DNA of 31,599 nucleotides from a virus: IMG/VR virus record IMGVR_UViG_3300045988_114300, positions 1 to 31,599 of that record; one strand, 5' to 3'. Shown piece by piece: positions 24,977 to 31,599 of this stretch (position 1 is its first letter; each line of letters starts with the position of its first letter). The notes under the pieces were generated by a model. It saw only the letters and a program-made list of their open reading frames with translations, ran no database searches and was not told where the DNA came from. The position numbers and the translations under genes were made by a program.

Positions 24977-26653
24977 TTACGTCAAGCTTCTGTCATTGAT
25001 AAGCGTCATACACGCATAACGCACAGCGTCGATAGTGTGGTTATCAGCGTCTGGCAACTGCCCTGTAAGCTGGTTATCCTTTGTCATCACATATGAGTAA
25101 TTGCTGAACTCACGGGCTGCGGTTGTGCAGCTGGAGTCAATCACAATCTTTGAGCGGTATTGCAGCCACTTGATTGAATTGTGGATGTTGTGCGCACCTG
25201 TCTTGAGTGCACCACGGGCGTTAATGCCATTAGCTTTGAAGTCAGCGATACTCTTTGGCTCTGCGCTATCGCACCACACCGTAGCGTATGGCTCAGCGTC
25301 TTCAATGACATCTTCACCGTCTTTGAGCGCGTTTCCTAGCTTCTCGCTTACAAGCTCTGCGGTGTCTTGGTTAGAGAGTCCACACTTCACAAATTCGTCC
25401 AAGATGTAGAGTGTGCGGGTCTTTGCGTCGTAGGCAATCTTCACCCAAGCAAATGGATCCTGTGAGAAGCCCCAGTCAACACCGTAGTAGTGATACTCAA
25501 GCTCTTTGCGCTCCTCGTGCGTGATGTCTCTCACCTCAACGCGGGTAAATACTTCAGAGCCAAAGCCAACCTGCTCGCCCAGCCACTCATGGCGATACGC
25601 TTCTTCGTCAAGTTCCTTAAGTGCTTCAGCGTCTTTTCGTACCTGCTCCGGTATCCACTCATGTGGCACATCCAAGTAGCTTGACTCAATGACGCGCTCC
25701 GGGTGAGTCGAGAGCATGGTAGAGACGTGCTCATTTACCCAAGCATCACGAGAGCGTGGTGGGTTGTGGTCAAAGAAGCGGAAGTACACAGAGCCTTCCG
25801 GAGCGTCACGAGTGACAGATTGCATAACCGTTCTGAGTTCTCCCCAGCCGTTGAACTGGTCTACCTCAGAGAACCACTGATAGGCGTAATACGTGCCATT
25901 TGGTGCCTTGATTGCCTTGGTCTTCTGCGTATGGTCGCCACCCCTGAAGGTAATGACTTGACCAGTTGCGGGGCGCGTGAGCTTGTACGGGCTCTTGGAC
26001 GCTCTCCACTCGTCACGAATGTTGAGCTTGTCGATTGCCCAGAGCATTTGCTCGAATACACCGTCACCAATGTCCTTGCCAATCTTTGGCATGATAAACG
26101 CCGAGCGGTCCTTGTGCTCCATAAGACCTTGCATGATCTCTAGTGAGACCGTGGAACTCTTTAAAGAAAAACGCCCTCCCCTTAGCCACCATTCACCTCC
26201 CGCATCTTGAGCAATAGCTCTATGCAGTGAGAGAAACGGTGGTGCTAAGAGAAGGGCGAAGTCTGCCACGAACGGCTTCTCTTCTTCTTCCACATCTTCT
26301 GGAATTGCGTCTAAGAGAGTTCTACCAATGGAGGAGATAGCAGTGACTGCAGTCTGATTCACGCCTGAGTCAGCAATAGACTCCTGCGCCATTGCGAACG
26401 TTTTACCCATGCCATTGAGTACTTGAGCACGGGTGATAGTTACTTTCTTTGAAGCGCGTTCCTGGAGGTCTTGAAGCCTTGCCTTTATCTTGCTGTCAGC
26501 TTCAAGCCTGCAAGCAGCTTGGTCAACAGTATCTGGCTTCCACTTTGAACGGTGCGGATAAGCTTCCAGCATTGCCTGTCGCTGGCTCTTGCCAGCAACT
26601 CTAGCGAGCACATACTTCTCATGGTTTGCGTTTGTGAGTGGTTGCGTCTTCAA
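24977..26653 (-). CDS. terminase large subunit (PBSX family) with N-terminal small-terminase-like (Terminase_2) domain
   Basis: Residues 1 to about 100 (HEKYVLARVAGKSQRQAMLEAYP ... KIKARLQDLQERASKKVTITRAQVL) match the Terminase_2 HTH pattern. Then WWLRGGRFSLKSS (a deviant PBSX GGRGSGKS P-loop) and the C-terminal nuclease domain (DAEPYATVWCDSAEPKSIADF). Single continuous 558-aa ORF. Confidence 0.75.
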   Translation of the reverse strand: MKTQPLTNANHEKYVLARVAGKSQRQAMLEAYPHRSKWKPDTVDQAACRLEADSKIKARLQDLQERASKKVTITRAQVLNGMGKTFAMAQESIADSGVNQTAVTAISSIGRTLLDAIPEDVEEEEKPFVADFALLLAPPFLSLHRAIAQDAGGEWWLRGGRFSLKSSTVSLEIMQGLMEHKDRSAFIMPKIGKDIGDGVFEQMLWAIDKLNIRDEWRASKSPYKLTRPATGQVITFRGGDHTQKTKAIKAPNGTYYAYQWFSEVDQFNGWGELRTVMQSVTRDAPEGSVYFRFFDHNPPRSRDAWVNEHVSTMLSTHPERVIESSYLDVPHEWIPEQVRKDAEALKELDEEAYRHEWLGEQVGFGSEVFTRVEVRDITHEERKELEYHYYGVDWGFSQDPFAWVKIAYDAKTRTLYILDEFVKCGLSNQDTAELVSEKLGNALKDGEDVIEDAEPYATVWCDSAEPKSIADFKANGINARGALKTGAHNIHNSIKWLQYRSKIVIDSSCTTAAREFSNYSYVMTKDNQLTGQLPDADNHTIDAVRYACMTLINDRSLT

Positions 26654-27146
26654 TGCCTTTGACCTTTGCTTTTCGCTCCTTCTTCCTCTTCATCTTAAAG
26701 GCAAGCTGACGCTCCAAATTCTGCTTGCGCTCAAGCTCTTGCGTGTGCTTTCTCAAGTACTCACGCTCATCAAGCGCACACTCTTTGCAGAGTCCCCAAC
26801 GCTTCGCATCCTCTGCATCAACCCACACAGGATGTTGTCCACACTTCTGGCACAAAGGCACAATGCCTTCTGTGCGATACCTCCCATAGCGGTGGCGCAC
26901 CATAGTGATTGCTTGCACGGAATGCGTAGGAATAAGCTCATGGAGTTCCTTGGCAGTCATAGAGGGGTTTCGCCAAAGCGTCTCAAGCTCTGACCAAGTC
27001 CAGGACTGATACGTTCGTCTCCCTCTTTTCTTAAATGATGAAAGAGATGAAACATTTATTTCATCTTGTTTTCTACGCTTGCTCATTGAGCTTCTCCCTT
27101 TGCGTAAAGAGTCTGTACGCATGGTTACAGACCATCTGTGGCTCAC
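26619..27146 (-). CDS. basic Zn-finger protein upstream of terminase (possible HNH-like / DNA-binding packaging accessory)
   Basis: CQKCGQH...CKECA motif with flanking His residues, and a very basic N- and C-terminus. Confidence 0.3.
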   Translation of the reverse strand: MSHRWSVTMRTDSLRKGRSSMSKRRKQDEINVSSLSSFKKRGRRTYQSWTWSELETLWRNPSMTAKELHELIPTHSVQAITMVRHRYGRYRTEGIVPLCQKCGQHPVWVDAEDAKRWGLCKECALDEREYLRKHTQELERKQNLERQLAFKMKRKKERKAKVKGIEDATTHKRKP

Positions 27147-27423
27147 GTTGCAGCTTCTTAGAGAGCGTCTCTAGAATCGCAACAATTAGTGCGTCTTCTT
27201 TCTCGCTCCAAATTCTGTGTGAGCGTGTAAGACTTGTTTTGCTTTGGAGCCCACGAGACCTCGCAAACACTTTAATGTCGGTAATTGAGCGGTTAGGCAT
27301 AAGGCGTTTGAAGCCTAACCACGTAGGTCCATGCTTGGGAACTTCTCGCTCAATAATTGCAATCTCTTTAGCCGTAAAGGGGGAGTGATCTAGTTCTTCA
27401 TAGCTGCGTCTGAATCCATTCAT
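27073..27423 (-). CDS. hypothetical protein (possible late-gene regulator by position)
   Basis: 116-aa ORF between the replication module and the terminase region. No confident motif. Confidence 0.3.
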   Translation of the reverse strand: MNGFRRSYEELDHSPFTAKEIAIIEREVPKHGPTWLGFKRLMPNRSITDIKVFARSRGLQSKTSLTRSHRIWSEKEDALIVAILETLSKKLQREPQMVCNHAYRLFTQREKLNEQA

Positions 27424-27707
27424 TTCAACTCACCTTTCTCATAAAGAGAGCGAGTCATTTCTACTCGCTCTCTCAATGCCATCTTTTCCAGTTCTCGCTC
27501 CGACACGTTTGGAGCGTGTGCGTTTCGCTTAAATATCGCTTTATCGCTATCTGAGAGACACGCTAAGGCGCAAACTCTCTTATCGTCAATAACTCCAGCC
27601 AAAGCACACGTAGAAGCGCACTCAGAGCCTGTGAAGGGGCATAGAAGATATTTGACCTGTTTAGGCAATAGAAACACCTCCGTTCTGTAGGAAATAGGAA
27701 TAAGCAC
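27420..27707 (-). CDS. hypothetical Cys-rich small protein
   Basis: 95-aa ORF with several Cys residues (CPFTGSECASTCALAGV...CALAC). The start overlaps the helicase gene. Confidence 0.3.
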   Translation of the reverse strand: MLIPISYRTEVFLLPKQVKYLLCPFTGSECASTCALAGVIDDKRVCALACLSDSDKAIFKRNAHAPNVSERELEKMALRERVEMTRSLYEKGELK

Positions 27708-28614
27708 CCTTTAATTTGGCGGGTACTAAAATGCCTGTTCTACCTGCTTTATTCTTAACTGTGTGCAGTGCTACCTCTTTGAATTGCGGGGTATCAATCT
27801 CACCTTTCGTGAGTATCAGTGCTGCCCAAGACGCATAACCAATCACACCAGAGCCACGAAACCAGTCCAAAGACGGTTCATCTTTAGCGTCAAGCTTCTT
27901 CAGACTTGAAAGCACAAGAAAAGGTATTTGCGTATCAAAGGCAAGCATCTGAAGATTGGTAGCAACTTGAGACACTCGCGTATATTCTTGCTTGTCAATG
28001 TCTGGAGTGCCTGTTTGGTATTGCTGGATGTAGTCAACGATGACAAGGTCTGGCTTATCGCCATCTGCTATAACAGTTCGCACGATCTCTTCAATTCCTG
28101 TAGTAGTGCTTACGTTGTCAATGATTGCGAGATTGGGTGCAACCATATCGTCATAGATTGCAGCGTTAGCAAGCACAGTGTTTGAGTGTCTGGCATTGAA
28201 GGCATACGCAGAAAGGTTTTGTAGTCCTTCTGGCAGCTGTAACTCGTTGCCTGGACCTTTAATGACCGTTGACCACTCAAAGGGAATAACCGTAAGCCCT
28301 TGAGACTCTAGTCCTTGATTCTTCACCGACCAGCAACTCATGGAACGGGCTGTGATGTTGCCCCACGTATCGTCAAGTGTGAAGTAAATAACACGTTTCC
28401 CATCTTGTGCCACTTCAGTTGCGATGTGTACCGCAAGTGATGACTTACCAGCTGAAGCCACGCCACCTAAGATAGTGAGTCCTGGCATTAAACCACCTGA
28501 GAGTGCGTCATCAGCGATAGTATGCGTCTTAAGTGGCTCTTTGGCAGCGAGATAGCACTCAACACCCCAGCCATACTTTGGGCGATTCAGCCGACGCAAA
28601 TATTCGAACGTCAT
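27661..28614 (-). CDS. DnaB-like replicative helicase (RecA-fold C-terminal domain)
   Basis: Walker A GGVASAGKSSLAVHIA, Walker B DLVIVDYIQQ, RVSQVATNLQMLAFDTQIPFLVLSSLKK, RGSGVIGYASWAALIL. Confidence 0.7.
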   Translation of the reverse strand: MTFEYLRRLNRPKYGWGVECYLAAKEPLKTHTIADDALSGGLMPGLTILGGVASAGKSSLAVHIATEVAQDGKRVIYFTLDDTWGNITARSMSCWSVKNQGLESQGLTVIPFEWSTVIKGPGNELQLPEGLQNLSAYAFNARHSNTVLANAAIYDDMVAPNLAIIDNVSTTTGIEEIVRTVIADGDKPDLVIVDYIQQYQTGTPDIDKQEYTRVSQVATNLQMLAFDTQIPFLVLSSLKKLDAKDEPSLDWFRGSGVIGYASWAALILTKGEIDTPQFKEVALHTVKNKAGRTGILVPAKLKGAYSYFLQNGGVSIA

Positions 28615-29342
28615 GCGCCATCACCTGCTACAGGCTTATGCGATGCGCGATATCTGCGCCATTCAAAGTCAACATGGTTTGCTTTTGAGTTGTCACACTC
28701 ACTAAGAGCTGCGTCAATAATTGCTCTGAACTCATTCTCTTGAGCGTCAAATTCAGCTTGTGAAACTTCTTGTGCGCCTTCTTCTGGTTGGATTTCTTCA
28801 GTGCGCAAGTAATGAGCTTCTGTTGTCATCTGACCCGCTTCCGTCGTAGCGTCAGCGAAGACGTAGGAAGCGGGGGAGGAAAGGTCGCTTTTAGAGCTTT
28901 CCTCCCTACTCTGATATATCTGAGTCTGATGTGAGGTCTTAGACCTATGTTTTAGACCTCGGTGGTGGGGTCTAGAAGTAGGGTGTTCGACCTCAGGGTG
29001 GGGTCTTTGAAGAACCCACTCCTCAGCAATCCACCAGAATGTACGCTTAGGAGTTAAGCCCTTTTCTGTCTCTTCAAATTCAACAAAGATTTCATTGTCA
29101 CAACAGAAGATAAGGAACTTCTTAGCAACTTCATTTGATACTCCACAAGCTTTGGCAATAGTCCTGTATCCGAGTCTGAAGAAAGGCACTTTGCCACTGT
29201 TAAGCTTTGAATAGCAGAAGAGCAACATCTTTCTTCTTTTAGATGCTGCTCTTCCTTGAAACATATCCATGCAGTCTGCTAGATGGCACGCAGCTGTTGT
29301 ATCCAGCTTTGCCCATCCAGAGCCGTCTGTGTAATCAGCCAC
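28611..29342 (-). CDS. replication initiator / replisome-organizer-like protein with a His/Pro-rich linker encoded by iteron-like DNA
   Basis: N-terminal winged-helix-like FRLGYRTIAKACGVSNEVAKKFLIF. Acidic C-terminal half. Directly upstream of the helicase. Confidence 0.45.
   Translation of the reverse strand: MADYTDGSGWAKLDTTAACHLADCMDMFQGRAASKRRKMLLFCYSKLNSGKVPFFRLGYRTIAKACGVSNEVAKKFLIFCCDNEIFVEFEETEKGLTPKRTFWWIAEEWVLQRPHPEVEHPTSRPHHRGLKHRSKTSHQTQIYQSREESSKSDLSSPASYVFADATTEAGQMTTEAHYLRTEEIQPEEGAQEVSQAEFDAQENEFRAIIDAALSECDNSKANHVDFEWRRYRASHKPVAGDGA
28930..29010. repeat. iteron-like cluster of GGTCT/AGACC repeats (candidate origin of replication) inside the initiator gene
   Basis: gaGGTCTtAGACCtatgttttAGACCtcggtggtggGGTCTagaagtagggtgttcGACCtcagggtggGGTCTttg. 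It codes the low-complexity linker PHPEVEHPTSRPHHRGLKHRSKTSHQ. Confidence 0.45.
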
Positions 29343-29371
29343 GTGCCACCTCCTCTCTTACCTCATGGCTT

Positions 29372-29983
29372 CTAGAATGGAATATCAGCGTCTGCGAGCT
29401 CAACAGCTGGTGCAGGAGCGTCAATGACTGCATTGTCTGCATTTGCTCGTGCTTCTGCGACTCCATCAGCTTCATAGGGCTCTGCAAACTTTGCATCAAA
29501 GTTGCCCTCTGCTGCGTCTTTGCCAGGGATGAATGCATTGACATCAACGGCTGTCTTGACCTTGCCCTCGCTGTTGACGTAAGAACGGTGACGGATGACA
29601 ACTCCCAAGAGCTTTCCAACAAGTGTCTGCTCTGCGTTGTCCTTGTCCTCGTAGACGAATGCCTTGGCACCCTTGCCCTGGCTAGTGTTCTCAACTGCTT
29701 CTGTAAGAGCCTTGTAACGCTGCTTACCGAAGTCAGTTGTGCCTGTGAAGTAGATACGGAAAGAGTGCTTCCAGTCATTGGAAGTATCAGCAAGATCCTG
29801 TGCGAAGAGAAATGACTTAGTCTCGCCGTTCCAGATGTCATAGACGAACTCAAGGTATGGCTTCTTCTCGTCTGTGTGGTCCTTAACACGTACAATTTTT
29901 GCGACATATCCGCCAGGCTCGAGCATAGAAGAGCCACCGCCGTTAGATGCAACTACCTTGTCGAAATTACCAAATGCCTTCAT
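29372..29983 (-). CDS. SSB-like protein (DUF669-type) with C-terminal acidic tail ...DADIPF
   Basis: The C-terminal DIPF motif is typical of SSB protein-interaction tails. Located next to Sak4. Confidence 0.45.
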   Translation of the reverse strand: MKAFGNFDKVVASNGGGSSMLEPGGYVAKIVRVKDHTDEKKPYLEFVYDIWNGETKSFLFAQDLADTSNDWKHSFRIYFTGTTDFGKQRYKALTEAVENTSQGKGAKAFVYEDKDNAEQTLVGKLLGVVIRHRSYVNSEGKVKTAVDVNAFIPGKDAAEGNFDAKFAEPYEADGVAEARANADNAVIDAPAPAVELADADIPF

Positions 29984-30023
29984 GATTTTTCTCCTTAAAA
30001 ATAGTGAATAAATAAACAGGGAA

Positions 30024-30641
30024 TTAAGCGATTGGCTTCATATCCCAGTAAGCACGGATGGTGCTGTCAACCTCTTTGAGGTCATTATCAATTACCAGGT
30101 CATCAAACATACCCATTGGGGATTTGGCAGGCGTTGAGCCGTCTGTCTGTGTGATGAAGTGGTATCCTGTGTCATCACGCTCTGTGATGAGAACAATTGG
30201 AAACATGCCCTCAATGCAAAGTTGGTTGTCGAGCATTTTGCCAATGGTCTTTGGCTTTAGCCTTCCTGCATCGTCATAATCAGGGTGCATAAAGAAGTAA
30301 ACGATTGTGTCATCGTTTGTGTTGTTAGCAGCTTCCAATAATTGCTCAAAGTCAACTGCCATTGATGTGAACTTGTCATAGCCTTTCTCGTTAGCTTTTG
30401 CAAAGCTTTGGAATGCCATGAGATAATTTGCATCATCGACTACATATGCCTTGAGCTTGTTAGCCTTAAGCGATTGTTTCATTTGAGCATAGGTTGGATG
30501 GTCAACCTTGCTCATCTTTCCACGGAAGGGAAGTGGCTTTCCTGCCACATTAAAGATGCCAATCTCGCCAGGCTTGAAGTTTCTCAGACTGGTTGACTTA
30601 CCTGTGCCAGAATGTCCGAGCACGAGTACTGATACTCCCAT
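30024..30641 (-). CDS. Sak4-like RecA-fold ATPase (AAA_24 family) for recombination/annealing
   Basis: P-loop VLVLGHSGTGKSTSL, Walker B-like AYVVDD. Start reassigned to MGVSVLVLG (30641). Confidence 0.65.
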   Translation of the reverse strand: MGVSVLVLGHSGTGKSTSLRNFKPGEIGIFNVAGKPLPFRGKMSKVDHPTYAQMKQSLKANKLKAYVVDDANYLMAFQSFAKANEKGYDKFTSMAVDFEQLLEAANNTNDDTIVYFFMHPDYDDAGRLKPKTIGKMLDNQLCIEGMFPIVLITERDDTGYHFITQTDGSTPAKSPMGMFDDLVIDNDLKEVDSTIRAYWDMKPIA

Positions 30642-30655
30642 AGATCTACTCCTTT

Positions 30656-31012
30656 CTAAAACTTGTATTCCTTCTCCGGGTGACCTGCTTCGTGGTATTC
30701 GCCATGCAAGCCATTGGCTCTGACGCACTCCATGAAGTCCTTCATGTTTGACTCATAGACGCAGACATATTCGTGGTAGAACTCAATGTATTCTGTGCCA
30801 GGAGCCGTTGTGTGCTTCATGGTTGGCTTACGTTGGTAGAAGTCCCATGCAGCCGTATAGACTGCATGGAATTGAGCAGGTGTGTACGTATAGAGACCAA
30901 AGCAGACCGAGTCAAAGTCGATACGCCAGATTCTAATGAGTCGCACATCTTCTGCATTGGGCTCAACGTACTTAGTCGGCTCTATTGGCTTCATGTGACT
31001 CAGCTTCTTCAT
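30656..31012 (-). CDS. hypothetical protein
   Basis: 118-aa ORF in the early operon. Confidence 0.35.
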   Translation of the reverse strand: MKKLSHMKPIEPTKYVEPNAEDVRLIRIWRIDFDSVCFGLYTYTPAQFHAVYTAAWDFYQRKPTMKHTTAPGTEYIEFYHEYVCVYESNMKDFMECVRANGLHGEYHEAGHPEKEYKF

Positions 31013-31166
31013 CTAACTTAAAGCCAATGTTTGCTTCTTTCTTGGTTTGGTAATAGCGAGAAGCATGGTTGCAATAAGGGCATCTGATGCGCCAACCATG
31101 CTCATCGTGCTCTAGGTCAAAGGCTGTGTTGCCCCAACCGTCATTCAAACATTTAGGGCAAAGCAT
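30972..31166 (-). CDS. small zinc-ribbon protein (CPKC...CPYC)
   Basis: 64 aa, CxxC-x18-CxxC. Confidence 0.4.
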   Translation of the reverse strand: MLCPKCLNDGWGNTAFDLEHDEHGWRIRCPYCNHASRYYQTKKEANIGFKLDEEAESHEANRAD

Positions 31167-31356
31167 GGTAGCGTCCTGTCATGTAACAGCCTTTGAAGCG
31201 TCTCCACTCAAGAATCAAGCCAATCGCATTCGCTTTTCTTGAGCCGTCATATCCAAGGCAAATACCTTCGTCCTTAGCAAGTGCTTTAAGCTCTTTCATC
31301 GTCATCTTTTCAAGACGTTCTCTGTCTGCTTGCTCCCTTTCTTCCTCAATATCCAT
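31153..31356 (-). CDS. small HeH/SAP-motif-like protein
   Basis: KELKALAKDEGICLGYDGSRKANAI resembles SAP/HeH DNA-binding motifs. The start overlaps the adhesin stop (TAATG). Confidence 0.35.
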   Translation of the reverse strand: MDIEEEREQADRERLEKMTMKELKALAKDEGICLGYDGSRKANAIGLILEWRRFKGCYMTGRYHALP

Positions 31357-31599
31357 TACTGCTCCTTTCTGACAAACCTGCTTGTGAGGGTGAATGTGAG
31401 CGCAACCGTTCCAACTCCAGCTGCAACTGCAATGACTGCGTCATCACCCGTTGCTGGTAAAGCTGTTTTCTTAGCCTTCTTTACCTTCTTGGCAGGTTTA
31501 GCTGGCTCTGGCTTAGGCTGTGGTTCAGGCTCACTATCCTGTGGAGTAGGCTGTGGCTGTGGCTCTGGATTAGGCTCTGGAGTGGGTGTTGGTTCTGGA
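31356..31599 (-). CDS. C-terminal part of the same LPXTG adhesin: Pro-rich linker, LPATG sortase motif, hydrophobic segment, RFVRKEQ tail; stop TAA at 31356-31358
   Basis: The reverse complement translates to PEPTPTPEPNPEPQPQPTPQDSEPEPQPKPEPAKPAKKVKKAKKTALPATGDDAVIAVAAGVGTVALTFTLTSRFVRKEQ*. This is a classic cell-wall sorting signal. The frame is continuous with 1..1029 through the 55-bp overlap. Combined protein is about 405 aa. Confidence 0.85.
   Translation of the reverse strand, partial: PEPTPTPEPNPEPQPQPTPQDSEPEPQPKPEPAKPAKKVKKAKKTALPATGDDAVIAVAAGVGTVALTFTLTSRFVRKEQ
31545..31599. repeat. 55-bp terminal duplication identical to 1-55 (circular contig overlap)
   Basis: Exact identity: agtaggctgtggctgtggctctggattaggctctggagtgggtgttggttctgga at both ends. 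Confidence 0.95.

Noticed and set aside
29243-29952. ORFs 29243..29815 (+) and 29335..29952 (-) overlapping the SSB-like gene
   Set aside because: Alternative frames of the same region. The 29372..29983 frame has the RBS, the DIPF tail and operon context.
1-31599. Genome-wide TAG reassignment (code 15-like) suggested by in-frame TAGs in int and between G/T chaperones
   Set aside because: TAG is the terminal stop of well-defined genes (major tail protein at 17948, SSB-like at 29372, HsdR-N-like gene TAG-TAA at 6836). The large structural genes contain no internal TAG, so at most a local or leaky effect is possible.

Overview
The window is a complete, circularly closed genome of about 31.5 kb from a temperate siphovirus-like phage of a Gram-positive (Firmicutes-type) host. 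Bases 1-55 are identical to 31545-31599, so the unique length is 31,544 bp. Almost every gene lies on the minus strand. The exception is a plus-strand lysogeny cassette: CI-like S24 repressor, HsdR-N-like PD-(D/E)XK nuclease, and a tyrosine integrase broken by an in-frame TAG. A Cro-like gene diverges from cI across a switch region carrying three ACAC-N7-GTGT operators. The leftward early region carries accessory genes (membrane protein, Gp157/Gam-like, a 9x pentapeptide tandem-repeat protein, Zn-ribbon proteins, DUF4406, Hjc-like resolvase). A secreted LPXTG-anchored MSCRAMM-like adhesin gene wraps across the contig junction. Next comes a Sak4 (AAA_24) / SSB-like / replication-initiator (with internal iterons) / DnaB-like helicase module. 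Then the late region: a TerS-like domain fused to PBSX-type TerL, SPP1-like portal, a MuF protein with an AT-rich C-terminal HExxH domain plus a small immunity-like gene and a terminator, scaffold, MCP, head-tail joining genes, major tail protein with terminator, G/T-like chaperones separated by an in-frame TAG, TMP, Dit, Tal, Zn-ribbon, RBP-like protein, and a holin-amidase (Amidase_2 + CW_binding_1) lysis cassette with terminator. Between that terminator and int lies a putative attP with TTAGGACA arm-type repeats. No rRNA, tRNA or CRISPR arrays were found. The items I rank highest are the MuF toxin/immunity cassette, the phage-borne LPXTG adhesin, the HsdR-N-like nuclease in the lysogeny module, and the two in-frame TAG codons (integrase, tail chaperone).
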